A stretch of 64,000 bases of DNA from an uncultured Clostridium sp. (GTDB lineage Bacteria > Bacillota > Clostridia > TANB77 > CAG-508). The DNA lies in NCBI GenBank assembly GCA_964608075.1, contig CAZSMG010000002.1, positions 5,154 to 69,153 of the forward strand. Direction: 5' to 3'. The notes below the pieces were generated by a model. That model was not told where the DNA came from and made no database searches. It saw nothing but the letters and a program-made list of their open reading frames with translations. How positions within the stretch are numbered: the first letter of the stretch is position 1; the number at the start of each line of letters is the position of its first letter. The position numbers and the translations under genes were made by a program. Positions 11,017 through 21,341 of the stretch are shown here, piece after piece.

Positions 11017-11093
11017 GCCACTTTAGCTCAGTTGGCCAGAGCACCGCACTTGTAATGCGGGGGTCCTCAGTTCGAATCTGAGAAGTGGCTCCA
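11017..11093 (+). tRNA. tRNA-Thr (anticodon TGT)
   Basis: Acceptor gccactt/aagtggc, anticodon loop cTTGTaa, T-arm ctcag-ttcgaat-ctgag, encoded CCA. Confidence 0.8.
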
Positions 11094-11160
11094 TTAAAGG
11101 TTAGTAGTTTTGAGTATACTCTTAATTATTGACTTTTATTTTTTTATTAAGGAGTATTAT

Positions 11161-11892
11161 ATGGAAAAAGTTATTATAGTAACAGGAGCATCAAGAGGGA
11201 TAGGAAAAGACATAGCAATTACACTTGCAAAAAAAGGATATAAAGTTATTGCAAATTACAATAAATCTGAAAAAGAAGCTATATTATTAAAAGAAGAATT
11301 AGATAAACAAAATATAGATATAGACATATTTAAAGCAGATGTATCTTTAAGAGAAGAAGGACATAAATTAGTAGAATATTCTTTGAAAAGCTATGGAAGA
11401 ATTGATGTTTTAATTAATAATGCAGGAATTGCTGAATATAAAATGTTTCTAGATGAAACAGATGAAGACTGGAATAGAGTAATAAATACTAATTTGTATT
11501 CTGCATTTATGATGTGCCAAGAAGTTATACCTAGTATGATACATAATAAGTCCGGAAATATTATAAATATTTCATCAATTTGGGGTATGGTAGGGTCATC
11601 ACTAGAAGTAATATATTCAGTTTCTAAAGCTGGGATAGATGGATTAACTAAAGGTTTAGCAAAAGAACTTGGACCATCAAATATAAGAGTAAATTCAGTT
11701 GCGCCAGGAGCGATTGATACGGATATGAATAAGGATTTAACTAAAGAGGAATTAATAGAGTTAGAAAACCAGACACCTCTTGGAAGAATTGGAAAGCCCC
11801 AAGATATTACTAAATGTGTTTGTTGGCTAATTGAAGATGATTTTACAACCGGACAAGTAATTTCACCAAATGGTGGATGGGTAATTATATAA
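11161..11892 (+). CDS. Short-chain dehydrogenase/reductase, FabG-like 3-oxoacyl-ACP reductase
   Basis: TGASRGIG NAD(P)-binding motif, NNAG, and the catalytic YSVSK (YxxxK) motif. The start is set at MEKVII, which has an AAGGAG RBS. The track ORF starts at 11110. Confidence 0.85.
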   Translation: MEKVIIVTGASRGIGKDIAITLAKKGYKVIANYNKSEKEAILLKEELDKQNIDIDIFKADVSLREEGHKLVEYSLKSYGRIDVLINNAGIAEYKMFLDETDEDWNRVINTNLYSAFMMCQEVIPSMIHNKSGNIINISSIWGMVGSSLEVIYSVSKAGIDGLTKGLAKELGPSNIRVNSVAPGAIDTDMNKDLTKEELIELENQTPLGRIGKPQDITKCVCWLIEDDFTTGQVISPNGGWVII

Positions 11893-12131
11893 ATGTAAAA
11901 TCCTCCATAAAGAAGTGACAATATAGTTACTATAAACATCGCGTGAATTCCATCATCACACATATTTGTAAATGAAGGATGCAAAGAAGCAATTATCGGA
12001 TATATAAGATAGTATATGCAATTTCATAATCTAGTAGAAATAAATAAAAAAGCAAAAAAGTTGGACTTTAAGTAGATTACAATAATGTCGTATAAAAAAC
12101 AAGACCTATTCATTTTGAATAGGCTTTATTT

Positions 12132-12599
12132 TTATTGTTCTGTTATTTTTCTTTTATAATTTCCAGATATAATTTTTGGTAGATAAGTAATTAATTTATA
12201 AACTGCTAAACGAACTTTTTTACTCCATAAATATGAACGTCTTAATTTTTTTGCAACACCTAAAGAAGTTGGCTCATCATCTAATACAATTAATTCATTT
12301 TTAGTTTTTTCAATAGGAAAAACATAATTTTGACCTTCATTATTATCCCATTGTTCTAAATTATTTTTGAAACAAAAATTAAAAGAGTCTCCTTCTGGTA
12401 AGTCTATTTCTGTTTGAAAACCTAATTCTGTTTTTTCCATTTTTATATCATTTAAATTATCCCAATTTAATCCAAAGCCATAGTGAATAAAAACATCCTC
12501 AGAGTCATCTTGAAAAAACTTACCTGTGTAAGATATTTTTACTTTACTATTTTCAATTAATTTATCTGTGTTAAAAAATATATTTTTTGTAAGTTCCAT
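12132..12599 (-). CDS. Hypothetical protein (155 aa), possible carbohydrate-binding-like beta domain
   Basis: ORF with an RBS. It has aromatic-rich motifs (YGFGLNWDN, NEGQNYVF). No firm family assignment. Confidence 0.4.
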   Translation of the reverse strand: MELTKNIFFNTDKLIENSKVKISYTGKFFQDDSEDVFIHYGFGLNWDNLNDIKMEKTELGFQTEIDLPEGDSFNFCFKNNLEQWDNNEGQNYVFPIEKTKNELIVLDDEPTSLGVAKKLRRSYLWSKKVRLAVYKLITYLPKIISGNYKRKITEQ

Positions 12600-12838
12600 T
12601 TAAAATTCTCCTTTTTGTCTTTAGTTAGCAACATTATAATATTAAATTCTACATAGTTCAAGTATTTTTTCGAAAAAATATAAAAATTTTCCACAAAGTG
12701 AGTTTTTTAAAATAAGTAAATTGTGTAATAAAATAATAAAAAAATCATAAATATTTAATATATAAAATTATTTAAAATATTGTAAAAAAATATATATTAT
12801 GGTAATATTTTATCAAATGAATATTTAAATAAAGAGGT

Positions 12839-14578
12839 ATGTTTATGGAAGATAATTCTAAGGAAGAAAAAAACAAAAATATATATAGCAATTATGATGG
12901 AGTAGTAAAATTGAACAAAAAAAGAAAAAATAAAATTTTATTAATTATATTATTAGTAATTCTTTTTATTTCAATTGTAATATTTTCAGTAATATTTTCT
13001 TTTTTAAATATAAATAATGAAAATATTATAAGTGGAGTTTCTATTAATGGAATTGATGTATCTGGATTATCAATGCAAAATGCAAAAAAGAGACTTGAAA
13101 ATGTTTTTAGTGAAAAAATAAATAAGGAAATAAAGGTTATATATGGAGAATATGAATCAACTATAAATCCAACATTAATTGAGGCTAAATTTAATATTGA
13201 TAAATCTGTAGAAGAAGCATATAAAGTAGGAAGAAGTGGTAATATTATAACAAATAATTATAGTATATTATTTACTATAATTGGCAAGAAAGATATTAAA
13301 ACAGAGCTTACGATAAATGAAGAAGATGCTAAAGAGATAATAAAAGATATAAGTATAAGCTTACCAGGAGCTATAGTTGAAAATAGTTATTATATAGAAG
13401 ATGATAATTTGATAATTACAAAAGGTAAAGAGGGATTGACTATAAATGAAGACAAGTTAATGAAATTAATTTATGATGAATTAAATAATAATATAAGTGA
13501 AGGATATATAGAATTACCAGTTACTTCAAAGAAGCCTAATGATATAGATATACAAAAAATACATGATGAAATATACAAAGAAAAGAAAAATGCATACTAC
13601 ACAGAAAATCCATTTAAGATATATCCAGAAGTTGAAGGTATAGATTTTGATGTAAATGTTGCAAAGGAACAATTAAAAGAAGAAAAAGATGAATATATAA
13701 TTAAACTAACAATTACAAAGCCAGAAATAACAATAAATAAAATTGGAACAGAGGCTTTTCCAGATGTTTTATCTACATTTACAACTAAATATGATAGAAC
13801 AAATATAAATAGAACAACAAATTTACAATTAGCAATTAATAAAATAAATGGTATAGTAATACTTCCAGGAGATGAATTTTCATATAATAAAGTTGTTGGG
13901 GAAAGAACAATTGCAGCAGGATATAAAGAAGCAAAAGTATATTCAAATGGTGAAGTTGTAGATGGATTAGGAGGAGGAATTTGTCAAATTTCATCAACAT
14001 TATATAATACTGCATTATTAGCAAATTTAGAAATTACTTCAAGAAGAAATCACCAATTTGTAACTTCATATCTTCCAGCAGGAAGAGATGCAACAGTTGT
14101 TTACGGATCTCAAGATTTTAAATTTAAAAATAATAGAACATATCCTATAAAAATAGAAGCATCACTAAATAGTGGTATTGTAAGAATTTCTTTACATGGT
14201 TTAAAAGAAGAAAAAGAATATAGTGTTACATTTGAAACAAAAACAATTTCTGCAATTCCTTATAAAACTAAATATATTGATGATAGTTCACTAGAAGAAG
14301 GTACAGAAAAAGTAAAGCAGAAAGGAACTAATGGATTAGTTACAGAAACATATAAGATATTAAATTATAATGGAGCAGTTGTATCTAAAACATTACTATC
14401 TAAAGATACATACAATGCAATGCAAAAAGTTGTATTAAGAGGTACTAAAAAAGTAAAAAAACCAGAAGAAAATAAAGATAAAAACAAAGATGAAAAGGAA
14501 GAAAAAGACAATAATAAAGATACAGAAACTAGAGAAGATAAAGATAATGAAAAAGAAGAAACTAAAAAAGAAGAATAA
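12839..14578 (+). CDS. VanW-family protein with an N-terminal TM anchor, a C-terminal G5 domain and a K/E-rich tail
   Basis: VanW core (GGGICQISSTLYNTALLANLEITSRRNH). G5-like segment (EGTEKVKQKGTNGLVTETYKI). Low-complexity KDKNKDEKEEKD tail. Confidence 0.8.
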   Translation: MFMEDNSKEEKNKNIYSNYDGVVKLNKKRKNKILLIILLVILFISIVIFSVIFSFLNINNENIISGVSINGIDVSGLSMQNAKKRLENVFSEKINKEIKVIYGEYESTINPTLIEAKFNIDKSVEEAYKVGRSGNIITNNYSILFTIIGKKDIKTELTINEEDAKEIIKDISISLPGAIVENSYYIEDDNLIITKGKEGLTINEDKLMKLIYDELNNNISEGYIELPVTSKKPNDIDIQKIHDEIYKEKKNAYYTENPFKIYPEVEGIDFDVNVAKEQLKEEKDEYIIKLTITKPEITINKIGTEAFPDVLSTFTTKYDRTNINRTTNLQLAINKINGIVILPGDEFSYNKVVGERTIAAGYKEAKVYSNGEVVDGLGGGICQISSTLYNTALLANLEITSRRNHQFVTSYLPAGRDATVVYGSQDFKFKNNRTYPIKIEASLNSGIVRISLHGLKEEKEYSVTFETKTISAIPYKTKYIDDSSLEEGTEKVKQKGTNGLVTETYKILNYNGAVVSKTLLSKDTYNAMQKVVLRGTKKVKKPEENKDKNKDEKEEKDNNKDTETREDKDNEKEETKKEE

Positions 14579-14645
14579 TAAGAATCCCAAAAGGGGTTTT
14601 TATTATTTTATAAGTTATTTTAGAATTTAATTTTGAAATAAAAAC

Positions 14646-14673
14646 ATTGACAAAGTGAAAAAAAGTAGTATAA
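14646..14673 (+). promoter_or_regulatory. Sigma-A promoter for tRNA-Lys(CTT)
   Basis: TTGACA, a 16-nt spacer, then TATAAT. Confidence 0.55.
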
Positions 14674-14688
14674 TATAAAATACTTGCA

Positions 14689-14764
14689 TGGGTTATTAGC
14701 TCAGTTGGTAGAGCAGCAGACTCTTAATCTGAAGGTCCGGGGTTCGAGACCCCGATGACCCACC
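14689..14764 (+). tRNA. tRNA-Lys (anticodon CTT)
   Basis: Acceptor gggttat/atgaccc, anticodon loop cTCTTaa, T-arm ccggg-gttcgag-accccg, encoded CCA. Confidence 0.7.
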
Positions 14765-14768
14765 AATT

Positions 14769-14804
14769 TTACCTATCTAAAGTGAAATTTAGATAGGTAT
14801 TTTT
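14769..14804 (+). terminator. Rho-independent terminator after tRNA-Lys(CTT)
   Basis: Perfect hairpin acctatctaaa-gtgaaa-tttagataggt followed by TTTTTTT. Confidence 0.8.
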
Positions 14805-14984
14805 TTGATTATACAATTCTAATTGTTCTTCAGACAAATTATCCCAGGTTTCAGAGTTTTTCTCAGGATCTACTTTGATACATACTATATGTAAAAAAGC
14901 AAATGGTAGCAAATTAAACATTGTATGTATATTATGTTTAAAATAATATAAAAAGGATAAAATAATATATATAATTTTATTGGA

Positions 14985-16115
14985 GTGATATTTTTGAGAA
15001 AAAAGAAAAGAATATTAAAAAGAACAATTATTATATTTATTATTTTATCTATATTATGTAGTGTAGGATATTATATATACGATACATACCAAAATATCGA
15101 AATAGATTCAGATTATGAAGCCAAAAGAACAGAATATATAACAAATAGCGCACAAACTGTGGAAAGTATAGAAGAAAATAGTAAAAATATTGCAGATATT
15201 ATTGAAGATGTAACTAAAAGTGTAGTAGGAATATCTAAATTAAAAAATAATAGAGCTTCTATATTTTCTAAAAATACAGAAGAAGAACTTGGAATGGGAA
15301 CAGGGGTAATTGTGACGGACAATGGATATATATTAAGTAATAGTCATGTGACAGGAGAAAAATATAGCACATGCTATGTAACATTGGAAAATGGATATAC
15401 TTATGATGGAACTGTTATGTGGTCTGATACGGATTTAGATTTATCAATTACAAAAATAAATGCTAAAAATTTAAAATATGTAACCTTAGGTGATTCTGAA
15501 AATGTAAGAGTAGGAGAAGCTGTATATGCAATAGGAAATCCAATAGGATTTGAATTTAGAAGAACAGTAACATCTGGAATAATAAGTGCTAAAAACAGAA
15601 CCATAAAAATTGAAAATCAAGAAAATGCATCATATATGTCTGATTTAATTCAAACAGATGCTACTATAAATCCAGGAAATAGTGGAGGGCCATTGATACT
15701 TTCTAATGGTAAAGTTATAGGAATAAATACTGTAAAGATATCTTCTGCAGAAGGAATAGGATTTGCTGTTCCAATAGATATTGTAAAAACAATAATTAAT
15801 TCATTTAAAGAAAATGATAAATTCGAAGAAGCAAAAATCGGAATTTATGCATATGACAAAGAAGTAATTCCATATTTATCTTCAAATACTAATTTTGAAA
15901 AAGGAATATATGTCGCACAAATTACAAAAAATGGACCAGCAGAAAATAGTGATTTAAAGGAAAGAGATATAATTAATTCTATAGATGGAATAAAATTAAA
16001 CACAATGAATGAACTTAAAAAATATATTTATACAAAGAATATAGGTGATGATGTAACCTTAAATATATCAAGAGGAAAAGTAAATAAGGATATAATAATA
16101 AAGTTAGGTGAATAA
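14985..16115 (+). CDS. htrA: HtrA/DegP-family trypsin-like serine protease with a PDZ domain and an N-terminal TM anchor
   Basis: Catalytic triad context SNSHV, DLDL, GNSGGPL. C-terminal PDZ-like region. Confidence 0.9.
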   Translation: MIFLRKKKRILKRTIIIFIILSILCSVGYYIYDTYQNIEIDSDYEAKRTEYITNSAQTVESIEENSKNIADIIEDVTKSVVGISKLKNNRASIFSKNTEEELGMGTGVIVTDNGYILSNSHVTGEKYSTCYVTLENGYTYDGTVMWSDTDLDLSITKINAKNLKYVTLGDSENVRVGEAVYAIGNPIGFEFRRTVTSGIISAKNRTIKIENQENASYMSDLIQTDATINPGNSGGPLILSNGKVIGINTVKISSAEGIGFAVPIDIVKTIINSFKENDKFEEAKIGIYAYDKEVIPYLSSNTNFEKGIYVAQITKNGPAENSDLKERDIINSIDGIKLNTMNELKKYIYTKNIGDDVTLNISRGKVNKDIIIKLGE

Positions 16116-16199
16116 AGTATGATTTTAAATCATACTTTTTTGTTGAAATTAATAGAAAAAAATTATATAATAAAAATTATAATAAAAAGGAGATTTAAT

Positions 16200-18698
16200 A
16201 TGAAATTTATTAAGGAAATTTATTTAGATAAAGAAAAAGATATAATAATTAAATTATATGAAGAAGGAGAAGATAAAATAACATATGTTTTGGAAACTCC
16301 CAATCATAATACAGGTAATTTGATAACTAATCTAGCAAAGATTTGTAACTTAGAGACTATAAAAAATAAAGAAGATATGAAAATTATTACAGGAGAAATA
16401 CCAGCAAGTATTAATGGTGATAATGAAGAAGTATATATTTTAAGACTAGGTGGAATAAAAATTGCAAATATATATAAGGATGGAAAGATAGAATTAAAAG
16501 CAAAAATACCTTCAATAATGAAAACATTAATGTCACAGACAAAACAATATAAATTTAGAGTAGATAAAACAATAATAAAATCATATTTATTTAAGAAAAC
16601 AAAATTTAGAACCGATTTACATACTCATATGAATGCAAATTTATCTCCAGATATATTAATTGCATTAGGTATAAGTCATCAAATAAGGTATCCGTTATAT
16701 TATATAAAAAAATTAAATCTTAAATTAACAAAAAGTCAAGAAGAAAAAATATATAAACAAAGAGAACAAGTAGAAAAGGATTTTAAAGATTCGGAATTAA
16801 AAGGAACATATTTAGAAAGAAGAATTAATGATTATACATTTATAAATTTTGCAGATTTTATTTTAAATAATTTAGAAAATGCAAAAGAAAATATTGAAAA
16901 AATAAGAGCGAGTTTAGCGATTTTAAAAGATGGTCAAGCAGTTTTTACCAATTTGGAAAAAGTATATTTATATAGATATGTTTTTGCAAAAGGTGTACAA
17001 AGCAAAGAAAAAATAAAATTAGATAAAAGGAAAATAGATAAAATTTATCAGAAGGACATAAAAGATGCAGTATATAAGATGCTAGAAGATAAGAAAAAAG
17101 GTAGCCCATATGAAAAAAATAATTTAAGACAAGATAAATTACTATGGATTGCAAGAGATTATCAAAAACAAGGAATTAAATATGTAGAAATTACAGATAC
17201 CACATTAACAAAAAAAGGATTGCCAGCAGTAGAATTATTGGAGGATATTCATGAAGTAATGCCTAAAATTGAAAAAGAGACAGGAGTCGCAATTAGATTT
17301 TTAGTAGGAATAAGAAGAATTCCTCTTACAATTATTAAAGACCATGTAACAAGTAGTAATTATTTAAGGGAAAATTTGAATGTTTTAAAATCTGTAGCAA
17401 AAAGCCCATATGTAGTTGGAAGTGACTTTATTGGTGAAGAAATAAATGATATATCAGAGCTAAAACCAGTTATAAAAGAAATAACACAATATGCTGTAAA
17501 TGAAGATAAAGGATTTACAATAAGAATACATGCAGGAGAAAATGATAGCTTAAAAGATAATGTATATAAATCAATTGAATGTGTAAAAAGTTCTTTAAAT
17601 ACTGGAGAAGATATTCCAAAAATAAGAATAGGTCATGGTTTATATACACCAAATTTAGATTCGCCAGAAGGCAAAAAATTAATTAGGTTAATTAAAAAAT
17701 CAAAAGCTATTATGGAATTCCAATTAACTTCAAATGTTAGATTAAACAATTTAAGTAAAATAGATAAGCATCCAATAAAAAAATATTTATTAAATGATGT
17801 TAAATGTATTCAGGGAACTGATGGATGTGGACTTTATGGTACAGACACTATTGATGAACAACTAGCATTACACAATTTAATAGGTTTAACAGAAGAAGAC
17901 TTTGAAAAGATGAAAAAGGTTGAAGATGATATAATAGAAGATAGCAAAAAATATTTTGCCATAAAGTCTAAAAAGTTTAATAAATTTCTAAATGGAAGGA
18001 CAATAAGATGTGCTATTTTAGAAGAGGAAGAAAAAATATTTAAAGCCAATGAAAAAAGAAATATTAGATTGAGGATAAATAACAATTACAATGCAGAAGA
18101 TGTTTTAAAAGATATAATAAGAGAACTTCCTCTTGATAAAGTCCCAATTGTAGTTGCAGGAGGAAGCTTCAATGGTAAGAATATAGAAACACAAGTAGAC
18201 AAAAGAGGAATAAAAATATTAGAAGATTTAGTAAAAAATTTAGATAATAAAAAAGTGTTTTTTGTTGTAGGACATAAATTACAAGGATATGAGAAAATAG
18301 TATTAGATTTATGTAATAAATCAAGAAAAAAATTTAAAGTATATTCTATTGTGCCTAAACTAATATCAAAAGAAAATAAAGAAAGATTATTAAGTTCTAA
18401 GATTTCAGGTGTACGTATATCTACAGAAAGTGAAGAATTTGGTATATATAAAAGCTTTAATTATGAAATTTTTGAAAGGAGATTTTCAATAGTTATTGCA
18501 TTTGATGGAAACTCTCCTGTATCAAATTTAGTGCAAGAAGCTAAAAATGGAAAAGCTAAGTCTAAAATATATGTAAATGCAGAACATGAAAATTTAAAAT
18601 ATAAGGCAAGGACATTAGGAGGATACATAGAAACATTTGGATTAGATGATGTCCTTTATAAAACAATACTTGAAGAAAATAAGGAGATATTAAATTAA
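16200..18698 (+). CDS. Large adenosine/AMP-deaminase-family metallohydrolase fused to an N-terminal unknown domain and a C-terminal Rossmann-like (LOG/SLOG-like, tentative) domain
   Basis: ADA-family motifs in order: DLHTHMNANL (HxH), RIHAGEN (HAGE), RIGHGLY, GTDGCG. C-terminal VVAGGSFNG...FFVVGH...IAFDGNSPVSNLVQEA. The start is set at MKFIKE, which has an AAAGGAGA RBS. The track ORF starts at 16119, immediately after the htrA stop and without an RBS. Confidence 0.75.
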   Translation: MKFIKEIYLDKEKDIIIKLYEEGEDKITYVLETPNHNTGNLITNLAKICNLETIKNKEDMKIITGEIPASINGDNEEVYILRLGGIKIANIYKDGKIELKAKIPSIMKTLMSQTKQYKFRVDKTIIKSYLFKKTKFRTDLHTHMNANLSPDILIALGISHQIRYPLYYIKKLNLKLTKSQEEKIYKQREQVEKDFKDSELKGTYLERRINDYTFINFADFILNNLENAKENIEKIRASLAILKDGQAVFTNLEKVYLYRYVFAKGVQSKEKIKLDKRKIDKIYQKDIKDAVYKMLEDKKKGSPYEKNNLRQDKLLWIARDYQKQGIKYVEITDTTLTKKGLPAVELLEDIHEVMPKIEKETGVAIRFLVGIRRIPLTIIKDHVTSSNYLRENLNVLKSVAKSPYVVGSDFIGEEINDISELKPVIKEITQYAVNEDKGFTIRIHAGENDSLKDNVYKSIECVKSSLNTGEDIPKIRIGHGLYTPNLDSPEGKKLIRLIKKSKAIMEFQLTSNVRLNNLSKIDKHPIKKYLLNDVKCIQGTDGCGLYGTDTIDEQLALHNLIGLTEEDFEKMKKVEDDIIEDSKKYFAIKSKKFNKFLNGRTIRCAILEEEEKIFKANEKRNIRLRINNNYNAEDVLKDIIRELPLDKVPIVVAGGSFNGKNIETQVDKRGIKILEDLVKNLDNKKVFFVVGHKLQGYEKIVLDLCNKSRKKFKVYSIVPKLISKENKERLLSSKISGVRISTESEEFGIYKSFNYEIFERRFSIVIAFDGNSPVSNLVQEAKNGKAKSKIYVNAEHENLKYKARTLGGYIETFGLDDVLYKTILEENKEILN

Positions 18699-18701
18699 GA
18701 A

Positions 18702-18735
18702 AAAACCTTTACTTTTTGTAAAGGTTTTTAAATAT
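18702..18735 (+). terminator. Rho-independent terminator
   Basis: Hairpin aaaacctttac-tttttg-taaaggtttt plus an AT-run. Confidence 0.65.
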
Positions 18736-18843
18736 TTGTATATAATATTAACATATCATAAAAGTAATAATAATTAAAAATATTACCAAAAAGACTTGAA
18801 AATTATATTATTATATGATATTATTATTATTGTTATTTTAAGA

Positions 18844-18920
18844 CCGAGGTGTAGCGCAGTTGGTAGCGCGCGTGGTTTGGGACCATGAGGTCGCAGGTTC
18901 GATCCCTGTCACCTCGACCA
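18844..18920 (+). tRNA. tRNA-Pro (anticodon TGG)
   Basis: Acceptor cgaggtg/cacctcg, anticodon loop tTTGGga, encoded CCA. Confidence 0.75.
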
Positions 18921-18958
18921 GAAAATACCATTGAAAAGATGGTATTTTTTTTATAAGT

Positions 18959-19035
18959 GTACCCGTAGTTTAGTTGGATAGAATGCAAGGCTACGAACCT
19001 TGAGATCGGGGGTTCGAATCCCTCCGGGTACACCA
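18959..19035 (+). tRNA. tRNA-Arg (anticodon ACG)
   Basis: Acceptor gtacccg/cgggtac, anticodon arm caagg-ctACGaa-ccttg, T-arm ggggg-ttcgaat-ccctc, encoded CCA. Confidence 0.8.
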
Positions 19036-19131
19036 AGCATATAAATAAATTTGAGGTATAATAAAAATAAATAATCCGTAGCAGAAGCTTGAAATAGTCA
19101 ATAAAAAGTAGATACAAAAAATATTTATTTA

Positions 19132-19172
19132 AACCCAAATTGAATTTTATATTCAATTTGGGTTATTAATTT
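19132..19172 (+). terminator. Rho-independent terminator after the Pro-Arg tRNA pair
   Basis: Hairpin aacccaaattgaat-tttata-ttcaatttgggtt followed by an AT/T-run. Confidence 0.7.
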
Positions 19173-19285
19173 TGTAGCTAATGTTTAAAATACAGCATAT
19201 TGCTTAATTATATAGTATAATTATAAAAAATAGAACCTTGTACACAAGGTTCTAAATATCTTATTAAAGATACGGATGAAAAGTA

Positions 19286-19468
19286 CTAAGACGCATAGTA
19301 AAAAGCAGCCATTATAGAAAAAGACCCATTGAAAAATAGAATTCCTTCTAAGCTGTCTTTTTCTTGGGTAGTTACTTTATTAGAAGAATAATATTTTAGA
19401 AAGTTATCAAATCCTCCTAACATCTCTATAAGAGTCTTTACTTTTTCTTTTTCTTGAGATGTAACCAT
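19286..19468 (-). CDS. Small hypothetical protein (about 60 aa)
   Basis: AGGAGG RBS with a 7-nt spacer to the second in-frame ATG. A hairpin terminator (agaaccttgt-gta-caaggttct) lies downstream at about 19225-19250. Confidence 0.4.
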   Translation of the reverse strand: MVTSQEKEKVKTLIEMLGGFDNFLKYYSSNKVTTQEKDSLEGILFFNGSFSIMAAFYYAS

Positions 19469-19726
19469 TTTCATTCCTCCTACATAAATGATTATGGATA
19501 ATATCATATATAGAATAAAGCTATACGAACTTTGCGTAAATAATGGTTTTTTATATATAAAAGTTAATTATATAAATTGACAAAAAAATAAAGAACTAGA
19601 TAACTGATTAAGAAGCAATCTAGTTCAATAAACAAAAAATAAAGCATATAAATATATGATTTATATTGGTATTGTAGCAAAAACTCGAATATAAGTCAAT
19701 AAAAAATTTAAAAAAATAATCGAATT

Positions 19727-21229
19727 TTAAATATTTATATCAAAAATATCCAGATTTTTAAATGCAGGATCATAAATATTTTTGCCAGTATAATCAAATC
19801 TAGAACCATGACAAGGGCAATCCCAAGTTTTATCAGCATCATTCCAAGCTAGTAAGCACCCTAAATGGGTACATATTGGTTTAACTGCAAATATTTTTCC
19901 GTTTTGGTCTTTATAAATACCAATTTTAATTCCATCTATTTCTATAATAGCACCACTATCGTTTTTTATATTTTCAAAATGATTTTTACTTTCCTTTAAT
20001 TTATTTAATAATAATGAATAAGAACTTTCTTTTATAATATTTTTCATTTCCCATCTATTTTTAATAGGACTCATTCTTGTTGAAGAAAATACATCAGCAT
20101 ATTTATTTAATCTACCTTCTATTAAATCCACTATAATATTTGCAGCAACATTTGAAGAAGTCATTCCCCATTTATTAAATCCAGTACCAACGTACATATT
20201 AGGCATAAGATTAGAAAACTTACCAATATAAGGAACCTTATCTAAAGTAATGCAATCTCTTGTATTCCATCTATAAAGTATCTCACTATCAGGATAAATT
20301 TTTTTAATTTCTTTTTCTAGAATTCCATAGCTAGAATTAAAATCTGATCCCTGTCCAGTTTTATGGCCTGCACCACCAAATAATAATATTTTATCATCAT
20401 TATATTTGGCAGTTCTAAAAGAAAAAGTAGGGTGTTCAGCATTTATATACATACCATCAAAAAGTTTAGAATTTGTTTTTACACCTAATACATAAGATGT
20501 ATCTTGATACATTTTAGTAAAATAAAATCCAGGAATGTTAATAAAAGGATAATGACAAGCAAGTACAACGTATTTTGATATAATTTTATTAGTATTTGTG
20601 TAAGTTATATAATTATCACTTTCTTTTTCTACATTTGTAACAAGAGTATCAGTAAATATTTTTCCATTATTTTTTAATATACTATTTGCTAATCCTAACA
20701 TATATCGTCTTGGATGAAATTGTGCTTGATTTTCGAATTCAATACCTCCTAGATTTTTAATAGGTAAATTAACATTTTTAACAAGTTTTGCTCTAAACCC
20801 TAATGAATTAACTGAGTCTACTTCTTCTTCAATTTTTTTTAGTTCATCAGGGCTATTTGTATAAACAAAATTACTTTGTTTTTCAAAATCACAATTGATA
20901 TTTTCCTTATTAATAATATTTTCTATATTAGTAATAGCTTCTTGATTTGCTTCTAAATATTTTTTAGCAAAATCAAATCCAAATGAATTTATTAGATAAG
21001 TATAAATAAGTCCATGCTGACTAGTTATTTTAGCAGTGGTATAACCACTTGTCTTTTTTCCTATATTATCTTTATCTACAACTATTACATTAAATCCCTT
21101 TTTTGATAGGTAATATGCTGTAGTAAGTCCAAAAATTCCACTACCAATAATACAGACATCAGTAGCTAAATCTTCATTTAAAGAATCAAGATTTAAATCT
21201 TTTGTTTGATCTATCCATAAAGATTTCAA
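19727..21229 (-). CDS. FAD-dependent oxidoreductase with a C-terminal Rieske [2Fe-2S] domain
   Basis: N-terminal dinucleotide-binding fold (VCIIGSGIFGLTTAY...VVDK). C-terminal CTHLGC...CPCHGSRFD Rieske motif. Confidence 0.8.
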   Translation of the reverse strand: MKSLWIDQTKDLNLDSLNEDLATDVCIIGSGIFGLTTAYYLSKKGFNVIVVDKDNIGKKTSGYTTAKITSQHGLIYTYLINSFGFDFAKKYLEANQEAITNIENIINKENINCDFEKQSNFVYTNSPDELKKIEEEVDSVNSLGFRAKLVKNVNLPIKNLGGIEFENQAQFHPRRYMLGLANSILKNNGKIFTDTLVTNVEKESDNYITYTNTNKIISKYVVLACHYPFINIPGFYFTKMYQDTSYVLGVKTNSKLFDGMYINAEHPTFSFRTAKYNDDKILLFGGAGHKTGQGSDFNSSYGILEKEIKKIYPDSEILYRWNTRDCITLDKVPYIGKFSNLMPNMYVGTGFNKWGMTSSNVAANIIVDLIEGRLNKYADVFSSTRMSPIKNRWEMKNIIKESSYSLLLNKLKESKNHFENIKNDSGAIIEIDGIKIGIYKDQNGKIFAVKPICTHLGCLLAWNDADKTWDCPCHGSRFDYTGKNIYDPAFKNLDIFDINI

Positions 21230-21341
21230 ATTTAAAACCTCCTTTTTAGATTAGTATTTCCTAAAGTTTGGAATAAATTCTTAAAAGTATGGAAAAATAA
21301 TAATCAAAGTGATATACTATAAAAAAATTAGGAGGTAAATT

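Noticed and set aside
10821-11021. 66-aa minus-strand ORF in the track
   Set aside because: It lies entirely across the tRNA-Lys/Glu/Thr genes on the opposite strand. It is an artefact of the GC-rich tRNA sequence.
11391-11984. 197-aa minus-strand ORF antisense to the SDR gene
   Set aside because: It is fully nested antisense within a well-supported FabG-like CDS. It has no RBS and an odd composition.
18833-19156. 107-aa minus-strand ORF in the track
   Set aside because: It spans tRNA-Pro and tRNA-Arg plus their terminator. It has no RBS and is spurious.
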